This document shows, in pieces, positions 14,615 through 28,218 of a stretch of 64,000 bases of DNA. The notes under the pieces are model-generated. The model worked only from the letters and a program-made list of their open reading frames with translations, did not search any database and was not told the DNA's origin. How positions within the stretch are numbered: the first letter of the stretch is position 1; each line of letters starts with the position of its first letter. The position numbers were made by a program, and so were the translations under genes. The stretch lies in NCBI GenBank assembly GCA_951406725.2, contig OX597826.1, forward strand, positions 29,946,001-30,010,000. Reading direction: 5' to 3'. Source of the stretch: Octopus vulgaris (lineage: Eukaryota).

Positions 14615-16113
14615 CATTGGACAACAAAGATTTTGCTACTGGAGCAGAAACATGTGTTTTAGACTAAACCGAGGATGCTGACTCCGAATCCGCAATCAGA
14701 ATTGTTCAGGCACGACAAGATTTTGAGTTATGCGCATGCGCAAAATTTATAACTATACTTTCAGCTAGATATAGACCGCATTATAAAATTTGTTAAAATG
14801 AAAGCAAGAAAATAATACTTGTTTCTGTACTGACGGTAATGCACTCATACAAAAACTAGGACATGTGAATATGGCTAACGAATGGAGATCGTTTATAGAC
14901 TCGAGTAAGGTTAGCCTCAAAACTGTGTTGTCTCATAATGGTAATGAAACACATTTCATTCCTGTGGGTCATGTTGTCGGTATGGAAGAAACTTATGAAT
15001 CGATGGAACTTATTCTGAAAGGAGGTAATTACTCAGTTCATAAGTGGAATATTTGTGGTGGTTTAAAGGTGATTTCCCTCCTCCTTGGACAGCAGCTGGG
15101 ATATACCAAAAATATGTGCTTCTTGTATGTTTGGAACAGCCACAACGACAGCAATCATTCCACTGTAAAAGACTGACCTAAAAGAGATGAGCGCATAGTT
15201 GGTCGATGCAATGTGCAGCATATGCCACAGGAAGACCTGTAAAAGATTTTTCTTCCACCCCTTCACATCAAACTCGGCCTCATGAAAAACTTTGTAAAAG
15301 CAATGACACATGATGGTTGTGCCTTCCAGTACCTTAAAGTGAAATTTGGTGCAGAGAAAAGTGACGCAAAGCAGAAAGCAGGCATTTTCATTGGACCCGA
15401 GATTAGAGAATTGATATCTGATAGCAAATTCAGAGGTAAACTGAATCCAGTTGAGCTGACGGCATGGGATTCATTCCTTTTGGTAGTTGTACAAAACTTT
15501 CTTGGAAGTCATAGAGCGGAAAACTATGCTGAATTAATAAACAACATGCTAACAACGTACGAGAGAATGGGATGCCGAATGTCCCTTAAAATGCACTTCT
15601 TGCATTCTCAACTCGATTTTTCCTAACGAATCTTGGTGCCCTTAGTGATGAACATGGTGAGAGGTTCCACCAAGAAATATCTGAGATGGAAAAGAGGTAT
15701 CAAAGCCAGTTCAATCGACATATGATGGGTGACTACCGCCGGTTCCTACAACGGGAGACCAGCACGACGCATAAGCGCAAGAGCAAGTGTCTTAAACATT
15801 TCTGAGCTGAGCATATCAAAAATAAAGTGAATATTCCCTTCACATAAATATACTATGTACCATTATATTATAATATTATTTGCCTTGAACAATACTATAT
15901 ACAGTACTAATATTCTATAATAATAATTATTTAGCTTCAACTTAACTATTTCTGATTCTAGTATAGTATTAATATATAATTATGCGCATAACTCAAAATC
16001 CAGATGTGTTACATTAATTCTGAGTGCAGATTCGGAATCAGTATACTCTATTTAGTTTAGTACAGCACCATTTGTCTGGGTAGCAGATAATAAATCTTTT
16101 TTTCTGCCCAGTG
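14615..16113 (+). mobile_element. Chapaev3-like (CMC superfamily) DNA transposon with a transposase pseudogene
   Basis: EWRSFIDSSKVSLKTVLSHNGN...WNICGGLKVISLLLGQQLGYTK...LPPLHIKLGLMKNFVKA...MSLKMHFLHS...SDEHGERFHQ, with stops and frameshifts (~14820-15805). Imperfect TIRs cattgga...ccagtg include ctccgaatccgcaatcagaatt / aattctgagtgcagattcggaa. The family assignment is from recall of these motifs. Confidence 0.8.
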
Positions 16114-16390
16114 TTATAAATCCCCCCGCTCAATGATGAACCACTTATAGCCATTCTTTGCTTGGAAGCTATAACACCACCTTTGTTTTAGTTGCAGTGG
16201 AAGCCGGAGTTTTAGTGATAAACCAACCCTACTGTATTACATCATGACGGAATTATACACACATACATATATATATATAGATACATATATGTGTATATAT
16301 ATGTACATCACCCACACATATATTTATATATATGTTTATGTATATATACATATATGCATATACATATAAATACATATATATATATATCTG

Positions 16391-16474
<84 letters not shown>

Positions 16475-17290
16475 AATATGTGTTTGTATACATATGTTTG
16501 CTAACATACAAAGTTAATAAAATCACACAACACGTGAGACAAGTAGCTATGAGCTCAAAGGATATTAAGAAATGTACGCATTCATTAAAAATAAATGGCA
16601 CAGAATACAATAATGTAATATAATATAAAACTAAATATATTACAGAAGAATACAATATAATATAATATCATACAATACCGATATAATATATTACACTGAA
16701 GTAATATAATATATTTCGTTGATGTAATATTTTACACTTGCTGGCTGTTTTTTTTGTTTTAAATAAAAATATACGTAAAAAAAAGACATACCAACAAAGA
16801 CGAGATTAACATTATATAAACGAAAACCAAAAATTAAACAGTAAGTACGACGAACAAAATTCTCTGGCAGCGATATTTAGAACAAAATAAAACAGATATA
16901 ACAAAAAAACTTAAGTGAAAACAAGAAAAATTGTTTGATTAGTTAATATTGATTTTGGTAAGAAAGACTTTGAGAAGTTTTGTTAATTCTTATTTCATTC
17001 GGTAAGACGTGGAATCGTTTACCAACAACGTCTCTGTGTACAAAACTAACTACAAGAACTGTTAAAGAATGGTGTGTTCTTGATTTTGCTGTTTGTTTTC
17101 ATTTTCTGTTTTTATTTCTTTGGTTTGACTGGTTGGTTGGCTGGCTGGTCGGGTGGCGGGTTGACTGTTCGACTTTTTGATGGGTAACTGCTTGACCGGC
17201 TTAATTAGTTGACTAGTTGATTGGTTTGACTAGAGCTTCATTGGTTGATTGTCTGCCTGTTTGTCAGATTATCATATCTATCTATCTATC

Positions 17291-17860
17291 TTTGAAAAGG
17301 AAAGTGAGAGTAGAGAGGCAAGTTTTGTCTAGCGAATGTTTTAAAAAAAGATGGGTTGATGTAGCAAGGATGGTACGTATGAATGACGAAGCCACATTGA
17401 GCATAATCCTATGAACCCAGAAATTGAAAACAGAGGGTTACCCACTTGCAAACAAATGTGGTAACATAAAACAATATTGACCAAGGTTACCGTGGTCTTT
17501 TTCGTAGGCTTTTCTTCCCACGGATAAACCTTACTTGCTCTCCCCTTTACACCATACATCATAACACTGTGATACACGATCCCTATTGATCGTTTTTTTC
17601 CTCTTCCCCTTTTTTCCCCTTTTTCTTCTTTTTTTCATTTCTCTTTTCTTTTGGTCCTTTTCCTTTTCTTCTTTTTTTCTTTTTTTTCTTTTTTGTTCTT
17701 TTTTTCCCTTTTACGATACCTTTTGATCGAAAACCTACGCCACCTTTTTTTTTGTTTCTTTTGTCTTTTGTTTTTTGTTTTTTTCATCCCCCAAAAGAAA
17801 AGCTCTACCTTGTAACTTGTCCCATCTGTGTGCAGCCCTGTGTGGCCAATAAAGAAACTT
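17291..17860 (+). mobile_element. 3' end of a LINE (Tx1/L1-like) in (ATCT)n
   Basis: Peptide LKRKVRVERQVLSSECFKKRWV...IIL* followed by a T-rich 3' UTR and AATAAAGAAACTT running into (ATCT)n. Homologs at 20378, 53113 and 60073. Confidence 0.7.
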
Positions 17861-17865
17861 ATCTC

Positions 17866-17915
<50 letters not shown>

Positions 17916-17936
17916 GATCTATCTATCTATCTATCA

Positions 17937-17996
<60 letters not shown>

Positions 17997-18019
17997 GATA
18001 ATCTTTCTGTCTGTGTGTG

Positions 18020-18057
<38 letters not shown>

Positions 18058-18060
<3 letters not shown>

Positions 18061-18498
18061 TTCACTTCCGGATTCTCTCACTCTGTGAAAGTTTCAAGTT
18101 CGAATCACACGTGTCTCGAGATGTGCCGAAGATTTTCTATTTTGGATATATTTGGGGTACTTAGTGTTTGCTTTTTCCATGGGTATGAGTAAGTATTTCA
18201 CTTATATCTCACGTATTTATCGCTGAAGAGGGGAAAATTCTTATGAATTAACCCCGAAATTGGGACCAATACGGTAATAACGGATTTTTTAGAAATTTCT
18301 ATCGGTTTGTTTCGAGACGCATAAATTATAATGGTTATTGACAATTTTTGGGGTTTTTTTCGGCATATTTGGCATTAGAATTTTTCTTTTGCCCTTATTT
18401 TGTAAATTATTCATAAATTTAACCTTTAAATGTATTTTTTGATATGCTGGCCATTGATAAAATTTTTTTCCCGAAAAAAATTTTATCCTACATTAGTT
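18058..18498 (+). mobile_element. ~440 bp (TA)n-flanked element containing a hammerhead ribozyme
   Basis: (TA)n on both sides; hammerhead at 18212-18282. Confidence 0.7.
18212..18282 (+). ncRNA. Type I hammerhead ribozyme with an intact core
   Basis: Stem I tatt(t)atcg/cggtaata; CTGAAGA at 18223-18229; stem II GGGG-aa-AATTC-ttat-GAATT-aa-CCCC; GAAA at 18256-18259; stem III TTGG-ga-CCAA. Predicted cleavage at AUA, after 18271. Confidence 0.85.
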
Positions 18499-18555
18499 AT
18501 ATATATATATATATATATACATTAATCAAAATAAAAACATGATGCCAAGGATTCA

Positions 18556-18633
18556 GCGGTACATATGTTTCGGGCCTTTATTAGACGGATTTATAACAAT
18601 GCATAATGTGTGTCTATGGCCTTCTTCAGCCGC
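18556..18633 (-). ncRNA. Hammerhead ribozyme, mirror copy in the left arm
   Basis: Exact reverse complement of 18900-18977. Confidence 0.8.
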
Positions 18634-18899
18634 GCACAATTACTACCCCAAGGACACGTATTACATCAAAAATTCTACGTTGGGGATGCAAATCCTCTCA
18701 TTCGCGTACGACATAATGCGGCACCAGCACAAAAATGGAGCGTCCATCTCGTCCTTCTCTCAATGTAGAATGAGAGAAGGACGAGATGGACGCTCCATTT
18801 TTGTGCTGGTGCCGCATTATGTCGTACGCGAATGAGAGGATTTGCATCCCCAACGTAGAATTTTTGATGTAATACGTGTCCTTGGGGTAGTAATTGTGC

Positions 18900-18977
18900 G
18901 CGGCTGAAGAAGGCCATAGACACACATTATGCATTGTTATAAATCCGTCTAATAAAGGCCCGAAACATATGTACCGC
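18900..18977 (+). ncRNA. Type I hammerhead ribozyme with a palindromic stem III
   Basis: GCGG-CTGAAGA-aGGCC...tagac/gtcta...GGCCc-GAAA-CATATG-TA-CCGC. Predicted cleavage at GUA, after 18973. Confidence 0.8.
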
Positions 18978-19079
18978 TGAATCCTTGGCATCATGTTTTT
19001 ATTTTGATTAATTTACTCCACCACCTACACCACCAAACGGTATATACAGGTGCTTACAATTATCAAGTACTCACCCTGA

Positions 19080-19190
<111 letters not shown>

Positions 19191-19205
19191 TGAATGTATG
19201 CATGC

Positions 19206-19238
<33 letters not shown>

Positions 19239-19560
19239 TGTATCTATCTGTCTGTCTCTTTGTCTATCTGTCTGGCTATCTATTAATCTATCTATCTGAC
19301 AATCTTTCTGTATGTGTATATATACCTGCATGTATGTATGTATGTATGTATATATGTATGTACGTATGTATGTATGTATGTATCTATCTACCTAATTATC
19401 TATTTATCTATCTCTGTCTGCCTGTCTGTCAGTTCGTCCGTGTGTCTGTCTGTCAGTCTGTCTGCCTGTTTGTCTGTCTATCTATCTATCAATCAATCTA
19501 TCTATCTATCTATCTATCTATTTGTCTGTCTGTCTGCCTCTCCGTCAGTCTATCTATCTG

Positions 19561-19621
<61 letters not shown>

Positions 19622-20324
19622 ATCTGTGTCTCTGTCTCTCTGTCTGCCCGTCTATCTATCTATCATTGTATCAAGCTATTCGTCGACATTTTTGTCTTTA
19701 GACACGACCGGCCAATGCTGCTCCCGTCGTTTTACTTTTATCCACTTCAGTATGGAACGGCATATATGACAAAAAACAAACTATAACTAATTTCATTCAC
19801 GTGAATACTTGCCATTGTATCTAATACATTCATCATATCGTACTTTCCAGCCATTCATATTATTTGATCTGACGTCAATGAATTTATCGTACTGCTGGCG
19901 ATGCATTTGACAATATTTCAACCTATATTTCCAAGTATTATCGAACTCCACTATTATTCGTTTGCATTATTCTTATTGATTATTGATTAAATTAATCTTG
20001 GTATTGAATAAATAAAGTATTTCATAAACGGAAGTCTATATTTCATTCATTTTGCTTTCACATTTTCCACAATGACAGTATTTATGATGTATTTTTGATA
20101 ATGCAATTGTTTACATAGAAAGAATTTACATTCCGGATTATGTTTGTGATATGTGACAAAGATTAGGATTTGATAACTGGTAAACACAGGGGTCTGTGTT
20201 TGCTGATTGTTTCTGACTGTTCGTCTGTTTGTCTGTTCGATTGTCTACACATCTACCTACCTACCTACCTACCTACCTACCTACCTACCTACCTACCTAC
20301 CTACCTACCTACATACCTACTTAC

Positions 20325-20377
<53 letters not shown>

Positions 20378-20380
<3 letters not shown>

Positions 20381-20571
20381 TTCTTTCTTTCTTTCTTTTT
20401 CTTCTTTTTTCTTTTTTCTTTTCTTTTGTTTCCTCTCCTTTTTTTTTCTTCTTTCCCTTTTACGATCCCTTTTGATCGAAAACCTACCCCACCTTTTTTT
20501 CCCCCAAAAAGAAAAGCTCTACTTTGTAATCTGTCCCGTCTGTGTGCAGCCCTGTGTGGCTAATAAAGAAA
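20378..20571 (+). mobile_element. Short 3' end of the (ATCT)n-associated LINE
   Basis: tacgatcccttttgatcgaaaacctac...gcagccctgtgtggctaataaagaaac. Confidence 0.75.
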
Positions 20572-20643
<72 letters not shown>

Positions 20644-20744
20644 TCTATCTATCTATCTATCAATCTATCCGACTGTCTGTCATTCAGTTATCTCTGCCTT
20701 TTTGTCTGTCTGACCGCCCAAATATGTATCTATTCCTTTAAAAT

Positions 20745-20950
20745 TAAATAATAAGGGTAGCAATTGATGTTAATCAATTAAAACCAGTGGCTTAGCATAT
20801 TTAAAAATCCGAAGATTAAAAATTGTCTTACATACAAAATTAAGAGGAATGACCACATAAGTGGACACCTAATATGCTAAACATAGACGCCAAATCGTCA
20901 TTACCACGAAGAATGTGGTCATTCCTCTTAATTTTGTATGTAACAAATTA
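20745..20950 (-). mobile_element. Short fold-back element next to (TA)n
   Basis: Perfect 31 bp inverted repeat at 20828-20858 / 20913-20943 with a 54-nt spacer. The left tail (aagggtagcaatt) resembles the tails of the other fold-backs. Confidence 0.65.
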
Positions 20951-20954
20951 TTTG

Positions 20955-21022
<68 letters not shown>

Positions 21023-21102
21023 CATGAATTTAAGTGTGTGTATGTAGGTATGTATGTGTATACACACATATATGCATTCATACAAATGTGTGTGTGTGTG
21101 AG

Positions 21103-21344
21103 TATAGTTCAAATTTGCAGAAAGCAAAAGACAATGGCGGGTGTAAGGAACAACAAGTAGGTGTATTAGTTTAACGCTCGGGAAAAATGGAAAAGTCTTT
21201 TACGTTTCAAGCCTTCGCTCTTCAACAAAAAAGATTAAAAGGAAAATATGGAGAGAGAATGAAAAGAACGGAGAGAATAAGTGCAAACTTCAGTGGTCCT
21301 ACATGATGAGATGACTGAAAAAAAAAGAAGTTGAATGAAAGGGA

Positions 21345-21376
<32 letters not shown>

Positions 21377-21381
21377 TAATG

Positions 21382-21451
<70 letters not shown>

Positions 21452-22760
21452 TGATGATGGTAATGTTGACCCGAACGAACTAAGGTGCGCAAGCGTGTGT
21501 GTGTACATGAGAATGGTGTGTGTGTAAATGTGTATGTGTGACTGGGGGCGAGTCAATCTAACGTGTGTGTGTGTGTGTGTGTGTCTCCTTGCGAATGGGG
21601 ACGAGTGAGTCTAACGTGTATTTGTAGGTGTGTGTATGTACGTGCGTGTTGTGTGTACCAGTTGATGCGTGCTTGTTCAGGTGTTGTGTGCACATGTGTA
21701 TGTGTGTGTATGTGTCTATGACGAAATAGTATGTTTAGTGTATGTTTGTGGGCGAAAGTTATCTTTGTCTATGTGTCTTGCGCGTGTGTATACTGTCTGC
21801 GTTTAGGTATTATGTGCTTGTGTGAATGTGGGAGTGTGCATGATGGTGTGTGGTGTGTGTACTGAGTTAAACAGTGTGTGTGTGTGCGTGGGTGTTCGTA
21901 TAGTGATATGTGTGGCGACACTATGTGTGTGAGTGTGTGGATAATTGTTGTTTGCTGTTTTGGTTTCGTATGTTTGTGTTGTTGCTGTATTGTCCTAAAT
22001 TCCATCTTATTTTTAAGAACGTCTTTTCAAACTCAGACAAACGATCGATTTTTCTGACCTTCTTATATGTAGCGAATTTCAGTAGTAACTCTAAGGCATG
22101 CAGTTCATCCGTATCTAGTGGTATTGCACTATATAAGGGGTGTAATTATTGCTGTTGGTAGTGGTGGTATTGTTTTTCAGTGCCCTGACGCCGAAGTCCT
22201 CTGGTAGTTTATATTCCGACATGACGAAGCCGTTGATATTGTCTGGGTACCTGTATTGATTCTTACCATGCTGTTGTTGTTATTGTTTCATATCATTTGA
22301 TTTTATGAAAGTGTTCGTTACAGGCATGGTTTACTCGGCGGTATTCTTGTTGGATGTGTGTCATGAATCTGTCTCTTTCGTGTAGTGTAGTGATGTTTTT
22401 CAGTTCATGCAGTAGGACTGTTTCATTTCTGGTACTGATTGATTTTTGTGTATATTTTCTTTTTGATGTTTTGTGACAGCGTGTGTTTTAGTTGTCATGC
22501 TTGATGGTCTGTGAGCCCTAGCCGCTTGACAACCGAATTAACAGGCTTCATGTATAGCCTGGAGGAGATGCAAGCTTTAATGAAGTGGAGCTGTCGGGTA
22601 GCTATTTTGATTTTTAGACAGGAGAACACAGTGTCCTTCAGCGTCTTGCTAGCTTGGCTAGAGCTTATTTTAGTTCGTTTTAGCATTTATTTGAACAATT
22701 CTTTATGTGAATTTGTGTGTTGAAGCATATTTTGTTGTGTCTGGGGAGAAAATATGTGCG
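21103..22760 (-). mobile_element. Probable non-autonomous Penelope-like element remnant
   Basis: Degenerate minimal hammerhead TTGTTGA-A-GAGCgaagGCTT-GAAA-CG-TA at 21195-21235. The minus-strand peptide IPLDTDELHALELLLKF...IDRLSEFEK (~22130-22025) resembles the pre-RT region of Penelope ORFs. Confidence 0.5.
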
Positions 22761-23367
22761 CCTGTTTATGACCTCTCTTACGATAAATGCAAACACTAAA
22801 AAGAAAATAACAACCAAAAAACAAAATATGAGAAAAAATAATAAAGTTGTTACCATGGTAACAATTTTTTGGGATAAGGAATCGAGAAAAATTGGTATGA
22901 AGTCAGTGGAATTGAGGAATTGTATTGCATTGTGTTCGAGAGAAGGCGAATCATTACCTTCTGATCTCTAAGGCAGGCCTGTAACAACGTATAGACAACG
23001 ACAAACTGACAGATAGAAGATAGATAGATAGAGAGAGAGAAAGAGAGAGAGAGAAGAAGAAGGAGGAGGAGGAGGAGACAGGGAGGGTGAAATAACGAGG
23101 AAAGAGATAGATGGAGAATATTCCATTCAGATCAGCGTTTGCAACGTTAAGCTGGCGTGTAGTTCGATACATTGTCGTGTCTTAAGGGAATGATTGCAAA
23201 TCTGCCAAAATGCTAGATAAATATCTTATAGATGATATTGATTTCTAGTATCGATACAATGACTCGAAATTAGGGAAGAGAATATAATCGATATATCAAT
23301 CCTCCATCCTCCAGAACTTGATAAGTACATGCATACACACACACACAAACACACATATGTATATGTC

Positions 23368-23421
<54 letters not shown>

Positions 23422-23489
23422 TACATATATATAAATTCAATTAGAGATTGCTTTAACCTCATGAAAGGATAGCCTCTTCCAAGGAAATA

Positions 23490-23844
23490 CTGGTTCAGTC
23501 CCACTGCATGGCACCTTGGGCAAGTGTCTTCTACTATAGCCTAGGGCCGACCGAATCCTTATGAGTGGATTTGGTAGACGGAAACCGAAAGAAGCCCGTC
23601 GTATAAATAAATATATGTATGGTTGTCTTTGTGTCTGTGTTTGTTCCCCTACCATCGCTTGACAACCGATGTTCGTGTATTTACGTCCCCGTAACTTAGT
23701 GGTTCGGCAAAACAGACCGATAGGATAAGTACTAGACATACAAGGAATATGTACTGGGGTCGATTTCTTCGACTAAAAGAACCCTTTAAGTCGGTGCTCC
23801 AGCATGGCTGAAGTCAAATGACTGAAACACGTAAGAGAATAAAA

Positions 23845-23848
<4 letters not shown>
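23490..23848 (+). mobile_element. SINE family 1
   Basis: ggttcagtcccactgcatggcaccttgggcaagtg...gtcaaatgactgaaac. Confidence 0.8.
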
Positions 23849-23905
<57 letters not shown>

Positions 23906-23908
<3 letters not shown>

Positions 23909-24776
23909 TTGCGCACCAAAATGTCCAGAACGGCATTGTTTTCGTCAGAAAAGGAGGTACAATATTTTATCAAAGTTGTTTTATATTCTATATAATTTTC
24001 ACAGACAATAAATACGATATCATTTGTTATGGTCCGAGATTCTGGTGTAATTTGAGAGGATAATACAAAAGTTATGGCTTCACTGCAGGTGATCTTGCTT
24101 GTAGGTCATGTTCAACTAAACGACGAGACACAGTTTTTCGAGATAAAGTTTTCTTCAATACAATGCTCATTTCCCGAGAAACAGCAGCAGTAGTTTTAAA
24201 TCTGTCCTTTTTAACCAATTTTACCATAGCACGATCTTCTCTCTTAGTCGTTTTTTTTGGCCTACCTGCAGACTTTCTTGCTTCACACGAACCACAATCA
24301 TCGTAGACCTTAAGAATACCGTGTACAACACTTTTTGACTTGTTAACAATCTTTGCAATAGACCCAATACTTAAATTATCCTTCTTTCGAAGCTTAATAA
24401 TCTGCTGACGAATTGGTAACGGAGTAAGTGGCATTATATAAACAAAGTACACTGCAGATATTCTTACTAATGTTTAGTAAACGAACCGTCAAGTAAACAA
24501 ATTCAAAACATTAGAGTTCGCCTGTTCAATATACTAAAACATGGAGTAAAAGCAACCGTTCTGATCATTTTGGCCGCCATGGGTTTTGCAGTAAATCACT
24601 AAATCATCCATGACTTTTGTATTATCCTCTCAAATTACACCAACATCTCAGACAATAACAATTAATATCGTATTTATTGTCTGTGAAAATTATAGAATAT
24701 AAAACAAATTTGATAAAAAATTATACCTACTTTTCTGCCGAAAACAATGCCGTTCTGAACATTTTGGCCGCAACTG
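23906..24776 (-). mobile_element. Internally deleted Tc1-like transposon in (TA)n
   Basis: TA-cagttgcg...cgcaactg-TA termini with ~165 bp TIRs and an extra internal copy of ccgttctgatcattttggccgc near 24557. ORF 24072-24434 encodes the Tc1 paired-HTH N-terminus (IAKIVNKSKSVV...AGRPKKTTKREDR...SRKTVSRRL). Confidence 0.9.
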
Positions 24777-24866
<90 letters not shown>

Positions 24867-26099
24867 TAGATAGATAGATAGATAGATATGTGCGTGTGTG
24901 CGTGTGTGTGTGTGTGTGCGTGTGTGCGTGTGTGTGCGTGTGTGTGTGCGTATATATGTATATATGTGTATGTGTGCATATGCAGCTGGTGGTCTTCTTA
25001 TATATATTGTCTTTTACTATTTTACTTGTTTGCGGCCTTGCTGGGGCATTATCTTCAAGGTTATATTCAAACAAATCGACACAAGTACATATCAGTACTT
25101 ATTCTGGTGAGTTAATTTTGCTGAACCGCTAATTAATGAGGACGGGAACAAATTAATACAAACATAAAGACGCACGGCTATGAGTTTCAGGTGTTTTAAC
25201 ACCTGGTCCTTTGAGAGGGTCCTGTCCTCTGAGTCAAATCGAAGCCGACCGACGAAAAGGCAAAACCCATACATTGTGTATGTGTGTTCGATAATGTTTA
25301 CAGCATTCGCGCTGCTTGTACTTCATGTTCGAATTTATTCCTACGCATGCGTCGTTCGGGCATAAACAGTAATAAACGAGTGAAGAACGGAGATAATGTG
25401 CCTGTGTTTACTTGGCAAAAAAAAAGACCATCCCAAAGCATAACAATATTGTTTTTACCCCATTTTACATGTATCATGGACAGGCTATTCGATTTGCCTC
25501 AGGTTCGGTTCAGGTGCGTGATTTTGACAAGGCACAAAAATGGTGAAACATCGATGTCCATCGCTCCTGAACGGGATTTGTGGGTGAGTTGTCTCACCTG
25601 TCTATGAGTAGGACTTTGGGAGGTTGTGAGTTGAAAGGGAAAAATAATTTTGTACTGAACTAAATCTTAAATATTCTTCTTGTACTTGATCATTCACACT
25701 TTACGCTTTAGCCTTATAGAGAAGAGGAGAAAGAGAAGGAGAAGTGAGAAAGAGGAAGAGGGAATGTGAGAGTGAATGAGAGAGCAGACAGCCAGTCGAT
25801 GCATTGTGCTGCCACACTTGTGGTTAGTGGAACTGAGAGGCAAAGAGAAAGAGAGATATGTTAAAGACAGGAAGAGTGAAATTACATGGCTTTTTACGAA
25901 AGTTTGTTGAAGGGGTTGAGAGAAAGTTAAAAATATAAAGTGCTTAGCAGAGGGACATTTTGAAATCATGTAATACATTATTGTGACTGGAAGTGAAATA
26001 ACTTAGCAAAATAAAAATAAAAATGCAAATTATCCTTTCTTTCTTAAATATCTTCTCTTAATATTTTACGCTCTGTGGAATTCCCATGGTTTCCTCTAG

Positions 26100-27090
26100 T
26101 ACAGCGTGTCCCAAAAGTCACTGATGGGTTTCAATTTTTAATGACTTCCTTAACTTAATATATAAATGCATGAAATTTTAGACGCAAGCTGGCAGAAACG
26201 TTAGTACATTGGGTGAAATGCTTGACGCTCTGAGTTCAAACTCCGCCGAGATCGACATTGCCTTTCATTCTTTCGGGGTCGATTAATTAAGTACCAGTTA
26301 CGCACTGGGGTCGATGAAATCGTCTTAATTCCTTTGTCTGTCTTTGTTTGTCCCCTCTATGTTTAACCCCTTGTGGGCAATAAAGAAATAAGAAACGTTA
26401 GCACGCCGGACGAAATGCTTAGCAGTATTTCGTCTGCCGCTACGTTCTGAGTTCAAATCCTGCCGAGGTCAACTTTGCCTTTAATCCTTTCGGACTCGAT
26501 AAATTAAGTATCAGTTACGCACTGGAGTCGCTATAATAGACTTAATCTGTCTGTCTGTCCTTGTTTGTCTCCTTTGTGTTTAGCCCCTTGTGGGTAGTAA
26601 AGAAATAGGTATTTCGTCTGCCGTTACGTTCTGAGTTCAAATTCCACCAAGGTCGACTTTGCCTTTCATCCTTTCGGGGTCGATTAAATAAGTACCAGTT
26701 GCGTACTGGAGTTGATCTAATGGACTGGCCTCCTCCCCTAAAATCTCGGGCCTCGTGCCAAGTATCCTTGATTGAGACCTTTTTGCGCCCGGCCATTCTA
26801 AGTAAACTTCACACTCGGTCCAGCTCATACCACAAGAGAAACAATGCAGTTGCTACGGCAGTGCTTTGGAGAGAGAATAATCTCCCACTGCGGCAATGTC
26901 AACTGGCCTTTACGTTCCCCAGACTTGGCTAGCCCGGATTTTGTCTTGTTGGGATACCTGAAAGAGAAGGTTTACGTCAAACAAACCGGAGACCCTGTTG
27001 CAACCGAAGGAGAATATCAATAGAGAAATCAGAGAAGTGGGGTCTGTAACTCTTGAGGGTGTTATGGTGCAAGTTTTGGAAAGTTCAAAT
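26100..27090 (+). mobile_element. Tc1/mariner (Tc3/rosa-like) remnant interrupted by a SINE array
   Basis: Left end tacagcgtgtcccaaaa. 26819-27080 encodes PAHTTRETMQLLRQCFGERIISH...NWPLRSPDLASPDFVLLGYLKEKVY. Confidence 0.75.
26187..26762 (+). mobile_element. SINE family 2, head-to-tail array of 3 units
   Basis: ctgagttcaaa...gcctttcatcctttcggggtcgat...aagtaccagttacgcactgg repeats near 26230, 26447 and 26631. Confidence 0.85.
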
Positions 27091-27230
27091 GGCTCCGGGG
27101 ACGACATTGCTTTTAATCCGTTTGGGGTCGATAAAATAAAGTACCAGCTGAAGACTGGGTTCGATATAATCTACTCTCTCTCCACCCCCCAAAAATTGCT
27201 AACCTTGTGCCAGAATTTAGAAAACCGATA

Positions 27231-27429
27231 CAGTAATCCCTCGCGGTTCACCTATCGTGCACTCAGTACATCGCGAATTTTCCTGACAAATTTATGTAAA
27301 TTTATATCGCGGACTCCTCTGTATATCGTGGGTTTCTGCGGCCGATAGGTTTTCATATTTGTTTTAGATTTGAATTATTTATGTGGAAGGTTTTGGAACG
27401 TAACACCAGTAATAGTCGAGGGATTATTG
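27231..27429. mobile_element. Tigger/pogo-like MITE
   Basis: TA-cagtaatccctcg...cgagggattattg-TA termini, ~200 bp. Confidence 0.75.
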
Positions 27430-27786
27430 TATTCATACGCTGTGTTGAAGAGCTCTAATCACGCAAGGAAACATGTGCAGAGTTGTCCCCCGTTCATACC
27501 AATATCAGATCAAAATAACATGTTATTGAATTCACGTAATCTCCTTAACAAATGACTATTACATTTTCATGAATTTTTTTCCTCACTATCTAAAATCTGA
27601 AGTCACTAATCTGACAGTTATAAGAACTAAATTATATTTATTTAAACACAGTTTGAAAAAAACCCCAAAGGTTACTGACACCAGATGGCGCCTCTTAAAC
27701 AATTCTCTGTCTCAAATTTATGTCCTTATCATATTGAATATATAAAAATATGTTAGCATTTGTTTTGTGTAAGAACTTACTATGTA

Positions 27787-27900
<114 letters not shown>

Positions 27901-28003
27901 ATAACATACATACGCAGGACGACGAAGACGATGATGCTTACATACACACACGTATGTATGTATACATGTATATACTCACATACACATATATGTACTTATA
28001 TAA

Positions 28004-28052
<49 letters not shown>

Positions 28053-28057
28053 CTTAC

Positions 28058-28127
<70 letters not shown>

Positions 28128-28153
28128 TTACATACATACATATATATATATAT

Positions 28154-28218
<65 letters not shown>

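Noticed and set aside
18539-18994. Mirror-image 98 aa ORFs (and the 67 aa pair at 54735/54976)
   Set aside because: They are a by-product of the palindromes and contain no recognisable domain.
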